Position numbers and translations under genes: made by a program. The notes below the pieces were generated by a model. It made no database searches, was not told where the DNA came from, and saw only the letters and a program-made list of their open reading frames with translations. From the sequence record ON287376.1: 64,000 bases of DNA; one strand, given 5' to 3'. Below are positions 8,803-18,143 of the stretch, in pieces (the stretch's first letter is position 1; each line of letters starts with the position of its first letter).

Positions 8803-10049
8803 AGCACGCTCACTCGTTTAATAAGTAAGAAACCAGCCCGAGAACGCCACGCACGTTTATACCCGTAACGTTGATCACGGATAACCGTAGCATCGGTGAC
8901 AGAAGTACTGTGACGGATATAGTTGTAGTAGTCGTGACGAGGGACACCGATTGCCCAGAAGCCATCACGTTCTTCTACGTTGTACTCAACCAAGAAACCA
9001 CTGCCCAATTGAAGAGGGAGGTCAGGTAACTCTTGTCCAGGCGTCAAGTACATACCCGGCAATTCAGTTTCCTTAATCTTCAAGTTCTCAACAGTGATGT
9101 TATTGGTTTGGATAATGAAGAGGAATGACTGAGACAATTTCAGGAATGCTTTAATTGAATCGTCAGAGGTGAATTGACTGGTGACGAATTGGTCTGGTGA
9201 GTTGGCATCTTTAGACAACGGAATCGAACTCAAATCCAATGTACCGTAAGTCGTATAGAAGATGTCAGGGAAATCCAACAACTGTGTGTTGAACTTAACA
9301 CGACGATCACCTACGATTGACAGAGTGCCGTTCAACAGATGCATTTGACCTGCTACAACGATACCTACCGTCTTACCGATGAGGTCTTCCGGAGTATCAA
9401 TAAAGAAGCCACGGGACAGAGGTAAATCTTTACCGCCCCCTCGGATCATTTCATCCGTGATGTTGTATGTCTTAATTTCGGCAATACTACTGAAGTCAAG
9501 GATACCCACTCGGTTGTCGTTGTACTTCGCTGCTGCTGCACCTGCCCCTAATAAGGCAATGCCGCCAGTAGGTAAAGTATCTGCCCGGAAAATCAAACCG
9601 TTAGTTGTAAACAAGGCGTTACGGACGATTCTTTCATAGTCGTCAATACCATCTTTTTTAAGCATGATATCGACACGCTGGTCGGGAAGAAGGTTTTCAC
9701 TTTCAGCAAAGCTAAAGTTAATGCCAGTGGTTTTCATTTCAAAGGCATTAGCAAACATAGCTCTGACGTAGTGCTCACCTTTCATCCCCGTAGGATCATC
9801 TTCGTAGAGATTCAGTGGGGAGGTGATTTCCAACCAACGTTCTATTTCAGCCGGTGAAGTTCTTAATTGAATAGGAAGCTGGTACAAGTCCAACCAACCT
9901 GTAATATTTTTATCGGTGTCGAACAACTGTACCATGCAAAGGTGATACAGTTGGAAAATGTCATTCAAACGCATCCCTTTTAGGTTAACGTTCTGCCAGT
10001 CACCGTAATTCCCCTTAGGGATAGCTTGCGCGGTCACTATCTGGTACAT
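8799..10049 (-). CDS. Conserved phiKZ-like virion structural protein
   Basis: 416 aa; AGGAG RBS; divergent from the tail fibre genes; assignment from context. Confidence 0.5.
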   Translation of the reverse strand: MYQIVTAQAIPKGNYGDWQNVNLKGMRLNDIFQLYHLCMVQLFDTDKNITGWLDLYQLPIQLRTSPAEIERWLEITSPLNLYEDDPTGMKGEHYVRAMFANAFEMKTTGINFSFAESENLLPDQRVDIMLKKDGIDDYERIVRNALFTTNGLIFRADTLPTGGIALLGAGAAAAKYNDNRVGILDFSSIAEIKTYNITDEMIRGGGKDLPLSRGFFIDTPEDLIGKTVGIVVAGQMHLLNGTLSIVGDRRVKFNTQLLDFPDIFYTTYGTLDLSSIPLSKDANSPDQFVTSQFTSDDSIKAFLKLSQSFLFIIQTNNITVENLKIKETELPGMYLTPGQELPDLPLQLGSGFLVEYNVEERDGFWAIGVPRHDYYNYIRHSTSVTDATVIRDQRYGYKRAWRSRAGFLLIKRVSVL

Positions 10050-10115
10050 ACTTTCTCCTGTTTAGGCGACGCATTTGTATGTTACCCATCGGCCGATGGA
10101 TGAACTGAGGCTAAT

Positions 10116-12344
10116 ATGAACAATACTAAGTATCAGTACGACTTTGATCCATACGGGACAAATCCCGAGAACAAGATCGTATCAGAACCACATACCATTA
10201 CTGCCGTTAATGGTACAGATTTTAACTTTGTCGTCCCACGCTTTGCTCCTTTTTTCCGAAGAGACATCGTTGTTCGTAACTCCTCTACCGGTGCAAGATT
10301 GCGTCCTAACGTAGACTACTATTTCGGTTTCCGTTTCGACCAGATCCTGGTAAGTGGCAGTATGCAACCAGTCTATGGTGCGATCGTATTTAACGACCGT
10401 ACTTTGTCGGGTAATATCGAGATCGATTACCAGACTCTCGGTGGTGAATTCGTTCTGAGTGAGTCTCAAGTTCTTGAGATCCTCGCTAACAAACAGATCG
10501 ACCCACGCACGGTCACTTGGGGGTCTATCGTAGACTTACCAACTGAGTTCCCGCCGATCCCTCACCGTGTTAACGCTGAAGACATGGTAGGGATGTCAGA
10601 GGTTGTTGCTTCTAACTACAACATTGCAGATGCTATCCGTGAAGGTAACGTCAAGGCGATGGAAGCGTTGATGGAGCACATCCAGGACCACAACAACCCG
10701 CACCACATTACCCTGGCAGATCTGGGTATTGACCAGCTGGGTAACCTGGTACCTGCATCTAAAGAGCAAGCGGAAGGTGGTACGGATAATACCTACTACA
10801 TGACCGCTCTCCGTACGAAGCAGTTTACTAACGCGAACGTTATCCCGGTTATCGATGCTCACAAAGCAGACGACAGTAACCCGCATAACGTAACTGCGGC
10901 TCAGGTTGGCTTGGGTCTGGTTAACAACTGGCGTGCTGCCAACCAAAACGAAGCAGCTGCTGGCGTAGCCGATAACCTTTACATGGTACCGAGTACAACC
11001 ACTACGTTGGTACAGACTCTGGTTCCAGTTCTGATGCGTTCGCACACCGATCGCCAGGACAACCCGCACAACGTTACCGCAACCCAGGTAGGTTTGGGTA
11101 ACGTGCCTAACTTCCCAATGGCCACGGAAGAGCAAGCAATTGGTGGTGTGAACCGTAATACGTTCATGTCTCCGTACTTGGTCAACTTGGCGCTGAAGAA
11201 CGGCTCAGAACAACCACTGATCGAACACATCAACAACCACAACAACCCTCACGAAGTTACAGCTGCTCAAGTAGGCCTGGACTTGGTGAACAACTACGCA
11301 ATGGCTAACGCATCTGATGCAAACGCCATGACTCGTTCTGACCTGTATCTGTCTCCTCAGAACCTGGGTAGTTGGTGGAGTGCTGTTGCTCGTGTATATA
11401 TCGACCAGCAGATTGCCAATGGTCTGAACATGACCAAAGACGACGTGGGTCTGGGTCTGGTAGTTAACGCCGGTTTCGCAACCGACGCTGAAGCTATCGA
11501 TCCGAGTAAAACTCAGGTCTACATGGATCCTAAGGGAACCAACCTGGCAATCCTTAATAAAGATCTGGTGAAAGCTTACAGTATCCAACCGGCTTACATG
11601 GATACGTTGGCTAAAGGTTTCCCTGCGACGATGTTTGTTGCGACGATGCCTAACCTGTCGAGTGGTTTGAACAACACCTGGACGAGTACGTTGCGCACCA
11701 TCAAGTCACCGTTTAACCGTGACTCCGCTGTCAGCGTTATTCTGTCTCCTTCTCCGGCGACTTATTATCAGCGAGCTTTCGTTGATGCAAGTAGCACCGG
11801 GATTCAACCAGGTTTCATCTTCGGTTATCAAGGAACAGATACCGACCCAGTGAAGTACGCTGCGATCTTCTTTAAGAACAAAGCATGTTACCTAGGTACG
11901 TACGAAAACCAAAACTGGACTTACGGCCCAGACGTAGCCTTGGCTTCTCTGACCGGTACTTCGGTTCAAGTAACGTGTACAGTTTCAGGTAAGAATATTG
12001 CCGTGACCGTAGGTACAACCACCGTCAACGTCGATATCTCTGCGCTGGTCTTCAATGCGACCAACTATACGTGGCGTGCAGGTTACGTGAACGTAGGTAG
12101 CGCACCGACGGAGTTTACTCCTGTCTCCATGCCTGCCTTTACTGGGAAAATCGTTGATGTTATCGATTACCTGGATTACACGTTCAGTAACAACACCTGG
12201 ACAGTAGTGGCTACTAACGATTCGCAAACGATCAGTAATGATCTGACCGCCGGTCGTCGTTGCTACAACTACGCTACCGGGGAGTGCTTCGCGGTGACTG
12301 CACCAGAAGAGTACTTCGCCATCACGCAACCTGTCTCTGTTTAA
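10116..12344 (+). CDS. Tail fibre protein (phiKZ gp145/146-like)
   Basis: N-terminal 'YDFDPYGTNPENKIVSE' attachment domain; repeated NPHxVTAxQVGLGxVxN shaft motifs; beta-rich C-terminus. Confidence 0.8.
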   Translation: MNNTKYQYDFDPYGTNPENKIVSEPHTITAVNGTDFNFVVPRFAPFFRRDIVVRNSSTGARLRPNVDYYFGFRFDQILVSGSMQPVYGAIVFNDRTLSGNIEIDYQTLGGEFVLSESQVLEILANKQIDPRTVTWGSIVDLPTEFPPIPHRVNAEDMVGMSEVVASNYNIADAIREGNVKAMEALMEHIQDHNNPHHITLADLGIDQLGNLVPASKEQAEGGTDNTYYMTALRTKQFTNANVIPVIDAHKADDSNPHNVTAAQVGLGLVNNWRAANQNEAAAGVADNLYMVPSTTTTLVQTLVPVLMRSHTDRQDNPHNVTATQVGLGNVPNFPMATEEQAIGGVNRNTFMSPYLVNLALKNGSEQPLIEHINNHNNPHEVTAAQVGLDLVNNYAMANASDANAMTRSDLYLSPQNLGSWWSAVARVYIDQQIANGLNMTKDDVGLGLVVNAGFATDAEAIDPSKTQVYMDPKGTNLAILNKDLVKAYSIQPAYMDTLAKGFPATMFVATMPNLSSGLNNTWTSTLRTIKSPFNRDSAVSVILSPSPATYYQRAFVDASSTGIQPGFIFGYQGTDTDPVKYAAIFFKNKACYLGTYENQNWTYGPDVALASLTGTSVQVTCTVSGKNIAVTVGTTTVNVDISALVFNATNYTWRAGYVNVGSAPTEFTPVSMPAFTGKIVDVIDYLDYTFSNNTWTVVATNDSQTISNDLTAGRRCYNYATGECFAVTAPEEYFAITQPVSV

Positions 12345-12355
12345 CGAGGTAAACA

Positions 12356-13708
12356 ATGTCTACGAACGTTGAAGTAGTTAAGTACCCGTATGACCCGACA
12401 GGTAATGCGATTACTAACCGTATCATCAATGAACGCCGTACCGTTGGTCGTGAATACAACCGTGCATTAGCTCCATATGCCGGGCCGTACTATTCTGACT
12501 CAATGGTGGTGACTGATGCAATCACTGCCAAAGTTCTGGTTCGGGATTACGACTATAAGTTGCTTTATCCTGAGCAAGAGGCTGAGCTCCGTATCGGTAA
12601 GCCTGTATGTACCATGGTTCAGATCCTCAACCTGGATCACACCGACGTTAACCTGACGTATCAAGTTGTCGGTGGCCCGTACAGTACTTCCGTTAACGTG
12701 ATTGGTAAACTCCTTAATGAGATTCAGCAGGACAACCGCCCAGTTCGCTGGGATGACATCCTGGGGAAACCAACTGAGTTCAACCCATCAAAACACCTGA
12801 CCTCTGCAACCGACCTTTACGGTTTGGAATACGTGGTCATGTCGTTGGAAGATATCGTCCAGGCTATCTACCAAGGTGACGTCAGCTCCCACGATGTACT
12901 TTACGATTACATTGAGCGAATCAAAAAGTATTTGGACGACAACCTGAATGACCTCCACAACATGGACAATGAGTTGGCTGCTCGTATTGAAGCCGTCAAC
13001 GTCCGTGTCGATTCGACTAACCTCGATCTGAAGGCATTAGGTGATCGTACCGATAAACACATCGGGGATAAAGATAACCCGCACAATACCACCAAAGCAC
13101 AAGTCGGTCTGGGGGCAGTGGAGAACTACCGTCCTGCGACTCAACCTGAAGCTGAGGCAGGTACTGCTAACGAAGTGGTCATGACAGCTCTGCGCACTTG
13201 GCAGGCGATCACTAAGTTTAACACCCTGAACATCGATCCTAAAATCAGTAGTCACATCGCTAACCGAAACAACCCACACGGTGTAACTGCCGCACAAGTT
13301 GGTTTAGGTGCAGTGGCTAACGTTCGTCAGGTTCAACAGGGCGGCGGTGTTAACATGCTGAATAACACGGTGCAGATCGGTTGGTCAGCTGGCGGTTTGA
13401 TTGCTCAAGTTGATAGTACTCAATTGGGGCGCATCTATACCTCAAATAACCCCGATCCAGCAGTCGCATCTCACGCTAACCGTCGCGATAACCCACATGG
13501 AGTTACGGCAGCCCAAGTTGGTTTAGGGAACGTTCCTAACTGGAGTGCAGCGAACGAAGGGACAGCAGCGGCCGGGTGGAGCAATAACACCTTTGCTTCC
13601 CCTCTATCCATTCGTCGTTTCCACGAAGCCCAACGCACCATCAGTTGGAACGGTCCTGGTTCGACTAACGGATTTAGCGGCGACCATATCTGGTACCAGT
13701 TAGGTTAA
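12356..13708 (+). CDS. Tail fibre protein, paralog of 10116
   Basis: 'YPYDPTGNAITNRIINE' N-terminus; coiled coil; three NPHxxTxAQVGLG repeats. Confidence 0.8.
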   Translation: MSTNVEVVKYPYDPTGNAITNRIINERRTVGREYNRALAPYAGPYYSDSMVVTDAITAKVLVRDYDYKLLYPEQEAELRIGKPVCTMVQILNLDHTDVNLTYQVVGGPYSTSVNVIGKLLNEIQQDNRPVRWDDILGKPTEFNPSKHLTSATDLYGLEYVVMSLEDIVQAIYQGDVSSHDVLYDYIERIKKYLDDNLNDLHNMDNELAARIEAVNVRVDSTNLDLKALGDRTDKHIGDKDNPHNTTKAQVGLGAVENYRPATQPEAEAGTANEVVMTALRTWQAITKFNTLNIDPKISSHIANRNNPHGVTAAQVGLGAVANVRQVQQGGGVNMLNNTVQIGWSAGGLIAQVDSTQLGRIYTSNNPDPAVASHANRRDNPHGVTAAQVGLGNVPNWSAANEGTAAAGWSNNTFASPLSIRRFHEAQRTISWNGPGSTNGFSGDHIWYQLG

Positions 13709-13719
13709 GCGAGGTAATC

Positions 13720-14247
13720 GTGCTTTACGTTAACTCAGGGGGCGCTTGGCGTCCCTGTAATAGAGCATACGTTAACAGTGGTGGTGCTTGGCGAAACGTC
13801 AAACAGATCTACACTAACACCAACGGTAAGTGGTGGCCTGTCTGGGATAAAGCCAATGCTCAGATGCCTATCTACAACCAAACCGTAATGGCTTGGGGTC
13901 GTGGTGGCGGGATGCCAGGGACTGTTTGGGGGAGTACTGTTTGCTACGCGGATTGGTGGCTGGAGATTTACCGCCCCATTATTGGGATTGTATTCTCCTT
14001 CAACATTTCTAAGTGGCAAGGTTCTCTCCATGGTTCGGGTGGTAACTTTGGCATTGGAGAGAGCGATCCGGGCGTTCAATGGAAAGCGGATGACCGCACT
14101 GGTGAACAACAATCTCCGGTAATGGGTTGTAACGTACAGCCAGGTCACGTGCTCCGTCTGTGGAACTACGGTAACTCTAACCAAGGTGACGGTAAGACGT
14201 ATAGTTGGCTTCGGTTAGACCGAGTCATCTACGGAGATCCGCCGTAA
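13720..14247 (+). CDS. Small tail-fibre tip/adhesin-like protein
   Basis: GTG start with GAGGT RBS; repeated YVNSGGAWR motif; Gly/Trp-rich; directly after the fibre genes. Confidence 0.5.
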   Translation: MLYVNSGGAWRPCNRAYVNSGGAWRNVKQIYTNTNGKWWPVWDKANAQMPIYNQTVMAWGRGGGMPGTVWGSTVCYADWWLEIYRPIIGIVFSFNISKWQGSLHGSGGNFGIGESDPGVQWKADDRTGEQQSPVMGCNVQPGHVLRLWNYGNSNQGDGKTYSWLRLDRVIYGDPP

Positions 14248-14259
14248 AAAGAAAATAGC

Positions 14260-14281
14260 GGAGAGGGCGTTTGCCCTCTCC
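14260..14281. terminator. Terminator between convergent genes
   Basis: GGAGAGGGC-GTTT-GCCCTCTCC with an A run upstream. Confidence 0.75.
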
Positions 14282-14292
14282 CTATGTTTGCA

Positions 14293-15282
14293 TTATCGCT
14301 TAGGTACAGAAGTACCAGATTCGCCGGATCCGGTCTGGACGCCCTTATGTCCGTGGTACCGGAGTGTAATTCCGCCAGTGCTGGTTTCGAAGTCTTCGGC
14401 TTTCACTACCTTCTCAACTTCCAGTGGCCCTTTCATCTTAGCTGTGAAGTCTCCGCTACTTGACTTCTCTTGGATAATGGGTCCATTGAGCGCAATCAGT
14501 CCGTTGAGGGAAATCTTGGTTGCGGTAAAGTCAGCGTCATTAGCAACATTAAACTTAAGGCTATCAGCTGCCTCTAGATTAAAGTTGTTGCAAGAGATGT
14601 AGATATTACCGCCAGCAACAATACCGATATCTTCCTCAGCATTCATTAGGAGATCTTTCTCTTTAATCTCAACTAACGTACCATCGGAGTTTACCATCCG
14701 TACTCGTTTCTCACGAGTATTCAGGTAGAGTTCTTGTCCCTGGTCATCGCCGATACTGATGAGTCCGTTACCGCCACTAATGTTAACATGATACTTAGCC
14801 ACCTCTCCGTTAGCCTGTGACGTTGAGATAGTAATGCCCTTACCGTGTCCACTGATTTCCAGCATGTAATGAGTGTCGGGGTTAGGTGCTTCTCCGTTAG
14901 CGCTCAGGTTACCCGACACCATCAGTCGTTTAGTTTCACCACGACGAAGATTAATCTGGTCACCACGTTCACGCCAGTAATATTTATTCTGGTCAGCATA
15001 ACGGATTAATTCAACAACCTCACCACGTTGTACATCGGGTGCAGTTGTCCAGCTACTATCGGTTCCTCGCCACTCTGCTTCAATGACAGTATCTGTAAAT
15101 GTTTTTACGTGAACGGGATTACCCCTACTGTCTTTACCTTCTATCTCCAGAGTCTGTGGATTAGAACGAATAGCACCTTGCATCCAGGGTGCGATCTCTA
15201 CAGGCCACACCATGATGTTATTCGTTGTCAATGGTTTGTTCTCAGCAACGATACCGAAGAACTTAGATGCGATATCACTCAT
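14293..15282 (-). CDS. Baseplate central spike (gpV/gp5-like; phiKZ gp164-like)
   Basis: OB-like N-terminus (APDVQRGEVVEL), beta-repeat body, C-terminal LRYHGHKGVQTG HxH apex motif. Confidence 0.8.
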   Translation of the reverse strand: MSDIASKFFGIVAENKPLTTNNIMVWPVEIAPWMQGAIRSNPQTLEIEGKDSRGNPVHVKTFTDTVIEAEWRGTDSSWTTAPDVQRGEVVELIRYADQNKYYWRERGDQINLRRGETKRLMVSGNLSANGEAPNPDTHYMLEISGHGKGITISTSQANGEVAKYHVNISGGNGLISIGDDQGQELYLNTREKRVRMVNSDGTLVEIKEKDLLMNAEEDIGIVAGGNIYISCNNFNLEAADSLKFNVANDADFTATKISLNGLIALNGPIIQEKSSSGDFTAKMKGPLEVEKVVKAEDFETSTGGITLRYHGHKGVQTGSGESGTSVPKR

Positions 15283-15343
15283 GGTTTATTTCTACGCTCG
15301 ATTGAATTAGGTTGAAGACAATAGTTTAAACTGAGGAACTCTC

Positions 15344-17824
15344 GTGCTTAAATTGTTAGAAGTATCGATTAGTCATAACAAACGCTTTAAGTCTGGCTTG
15401 ATCGATCAAATCGTCTACACCCCCGAATCATCTTACCAGGTGATCGTTGGGCCGAATGGGGCAGGTAAGTCAGCACTCCTGGACGAATTGACATCATACC
15501 CTTCCCCTTCCGCTTCTTTCTACAAAAACGGGGAATCGCGTAGAAAATTACAACTTGACGGAGTCAACTACGAATGCGTGTCAGACTTCCGTTCAGGGAG
15601 TAAGCATGAGTTCTGGAAAGAAGGCGTAAACCTTAATGAAGGCGGTACGCTGGTTGTTCAAAAGGACTTACTCGCCAAGCATTTGAACATCACTGAGCTG
15701 TCTCATCAGATAGCTACAGATAAGCTCGTCTTATCTACCATGTCTCCAGCGAAGCGCCAAGAAGTCTTTAGTCAACTTATTAACCAAGACTTGACTCTAG
15801 CGTATAGCCTGTTTAATAAGGCACGTACCAAACTCCGTGATGCCACCGGGGCAAAACGAATGTTGGAAGATTCACTGGTAAATAAGCAGACCATGAATCT
15901 CTCCGATGAAGAGTACGAAATGCTTCAGGTTCGTTTAGCTGAGTACCAAGGGAAGGTTACTGAGTTACTGACGGACTACAGCGAGCAGAATGGGACGTCG
16001 ATGACAATTGACCAGATTATGGGTCAATGGATGCGGTTTACTGAGGGCGATTTAAAGAACTGGGGGAAATACCTTCCAGATAGTCCCATAGACGCAGCAG
16101 ATGAAGCTGTGTTCAATCAGAAGATGGAAACGCTACGGTTATCGCTTAATCAGCTAAGAACGCAAGGAGCAGCGTTACAGGAAGAATATGACAACCTTGA
16201 CGATACTGTTAAACGTTTAGGGGATAGCTCGGCGGAGAACGTTGAGAAACTCCAAGACGAAAGGGACTACCATCTCAAACGTATCGCTCGTTTAGAACAC
16301 TCAGCCGACAACTACATGTTCCGTCCTGACATCTATAGTCCTGAGATGAACTTTGGAGCAGCGAAGGAAGAACTCAAACGAGTCTTTACTCGTTGGTCTG
16401 ATGCGCTCAGTTCCTTAACGCCCAACACGGAAGGTAAGTACACCAGAAACAATCTGGAAGAGATTCAGCGGAAGATTCGTACTGGTAAAGAGTCCTATAA
16501 CGCTTTGGTATTCCAACGTCAGCGTGCAGAGGAACAACTGGAGCACTTTACTAAAGGCGAACAGATTAACTGCCCTCAGTGTAGCTACAAATGGACACCA
16601 GGTACCCGTCCAGAAGATCAACCTCGGTTAGTGGCTAAGATAGCACAGCTCAACGAACAGATTAGCAAAGGGGATCGTTACCTCTCTGAGCTCTCTGTAA
16701 CCGAACAGGAGATCATCGAGTGGAGTAACCTTTACCGTGAGGTGGTTTCATTGGAGAAAGGCTGTAGCGCGGCGTCTGAGCTCTTCGGACGTATCCACCA
16801 TGAAATCAATATTACGGAACAGCCAGTTCAAGCCGTTACAATGGCTCATAACTTGATTGAGGATCTGGAACGTTTCGTAGAGATCGAAAACTCCCAGCGT
16901 ATTATCAATGAGACAGAAGCTATCCTACAACGTCTTAAAGATAATAACGTAACGGGTGTTGACCAGCTCAAGATTCGCATGGAGCAACTTCGTTTTCGGC
17001 TCTCAGATAATGCTTTGGAACAGGATCGTTTGATTTTAGTATTGAACGAGATGGAACGTCAACGGAATCAGATTCGTCGCTTTACGGAAAAAGCTGATGA
17101 GTTAGAGAACCGGTTTGAGAATCTGTACGCCGAGGGCCATCGTACAATTAACAATGTGTTTAACCAAGTCCGTAAAATTCTTATTGCGGATTTACAAGGA
17201 CACATCGGTACCATCAGTAAACAACTCAATGATGTGAAGACACTACGTGATCAGATTGCCGATAATGAGAAACAGCTAGCGGAACAGCAACGTCTCATTG
17301 TGGGATATTCTAAGATCGTAGAGGATCTCTCTCCAAAGGCAGGTATCATCGCTGAACAGATGTCAGAATTTATAGAGACTTTTATAGGGCAGATGAATGA
17401 AGTTATTGCGGAGATTTGGACTTACCCAATGGAAGTGATGGTAGGTAAGCCAACTGATTCTGAATTGAGTTATGTCTTCCCAGTGTTTTTACCTGAATCA
17501 GATTCCATCGTTCCTGATGTTAAAGAAACCTCGGACGGACAAATCGGCGTAATCGATTTTGCTTTTAAAATCACCGCCATGATGTACCTTAATCAAGTTA
17601 ATGTACCTTTACTCCTCGATGAAGTCGATCGTCCTTTAGAGCCAGCGCACAAAGCGAAGATGATTAATTTCATCAGCGGGTCAGTTGAGAATGAACGCTT
17701 CAGTCAAGTCTTCTTGATCTCTCACCATGCTGGTTCACACGGATCACTACCTTTTCCTGATGTAGTAGACTTCAATTACCGTGACCCGAGGGAAGAGTCA
17801 AATAAGGTCATTAGCTTCCAATAG
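15344..17824 (+). CDS. sbcC: SbcC/Rad50-like SMC ATPase (phiKZ gp165-like)
   Basis: GPNGAGKS Walker A, long coiled coils, CPQC zinc hook, SDGQ signature, LLLDEVD Walker B, ISHH H-loop. Confidence 0.92.
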   Translation: MLKLLEVSISHNKRFKSGLIDQIVYTPESSYQVIVGPNGAGKSALLDELTSYPSPSASFYKNGESRRKLQLDGVNYECVSDFRSGSKHEFWKEGVNLNEGGTLVVQKDLLAKHLNITELSHQIATDKLVLSTMSPAKRQEVFSQLINQDLTLAYSLFNKARTKLRDATGAKRMLEDSLVNKQTMNLSDEEYEMLQVRLAEYQGKVTELLTDYSEQNGTSMTIDQIMGQWMRFTEGDLKNWGKYLPDSPIDAADEAVFNQKMETLRLSLNQLRTQGAALQEEYDNLDDTVKRLGDSSAENVEKLQDERDYHLKRIARLEHSADNYMFRPDIYSPEMNFGAAKEELKRVFTRWSDALSSLTPNTEGKYTRNNLEEIQRKIRTGKESYNALVFQRQRAEEQLEHFTKGEQINCPQCSYKWTPGTRPEDQPRLVAKIAQLNEQISKGDRYLSELSVTEQEIIEWSNLYREVVSLEKGCSAASELFGRIHHEINITEQPVQAVTMAHNLIEDLERFVEIENSQRIINETEAILQRLKDNNVTGVDQLKIRMEQLRFRLSDNALEQDRLILVLNEMERQRNQIRRFTEKADELENRFENLYAEGHRTINNVFNQVRKILIADLQGHIGTISKQLNDVKTLRDQIADNEKQLAEQQRLIVGYSKIVEDLSPKAGIIAEQMSEFIETFIGQMNEVIAEIWTYPMEVMVGKPTDSELSYVFPVFLPESDSIVPDVKETSDGQIGVIDFAFKITAMMYLNQVNVPLLLDEVDRPLEPAHKAKMINFISGSVENERFSQVFLISHHAGSHGSLPFPDVVDFNYRDPREESNKVISFQ

Positions 17825-17837
17825 GGAGAATGACTAA

Positions 17838-17999
17838 ATGGGTAAGATTAAACACCGCCTTTTACGATTGGTGTTCTTCTTTGCATTAGCCTACATTACG
17901 GGCCATGCAATCAGTTTGGATTTAGACAACCCAATACTGATCCTTTCGCTGTTGATTTGCTGGGCAACCGTATTTATCAACAATATCTTAAATGACTGA
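17838..17999 (+). CDS. Small 53-aa membrane protein (not in the ORF track)
   Basis: MGKIKHRLLRLVFFFALAYITGHAISLDLDNPILILSLLICWATVFINNILND*; GGAG RBS; two hydrophobic segments; terminator follows. Confidence 0.6.
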   Translation: MGKIKHRLLRLVFFFALAYITGHAISLDLDNPILILSLLICWATVFINNILND

Positions 18000-18005
18000 C
18001 ATAGT

Positions 18006-18027
18006 GCGAAGGGGATTTCCCCTTCGC
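18006..18027 (+). terminator. Intrinsic terminator
   Basis: GCGAAGGGGA-TT-TCCCCTTCGC. Confidence 0.7.
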
Positions 18028-18047
18028 CTATTCCCATTTATTTTCAC

Positions 18048-18069
18048 GTATATATCACTATTATGCAAG
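18048..18069 (+). promoter_or_regulatory. Candidate early (virion RNAP) promoter
   Basis: GTATATATCACTATTATGCAAG, 19/22 identical to 58375-58396; TATATCAC resembles phiKZ early consensus TATATTAC. Confidence 0.65.
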
Positions 18070-18143
18070 TGAACAACTTAGCGAAGGTTGCACGACTAAA
18101 AACTGCAACTCCTTAAATCCGAAATAAAAAAGGAAATAAACAA

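Noticed and set aside
10116-14247. Diversity-generating retroelement acting on fibre tips
   Set aside because: No reverse transcriptase and no near-identical TR/VR pair differing at adenines seen in this window.
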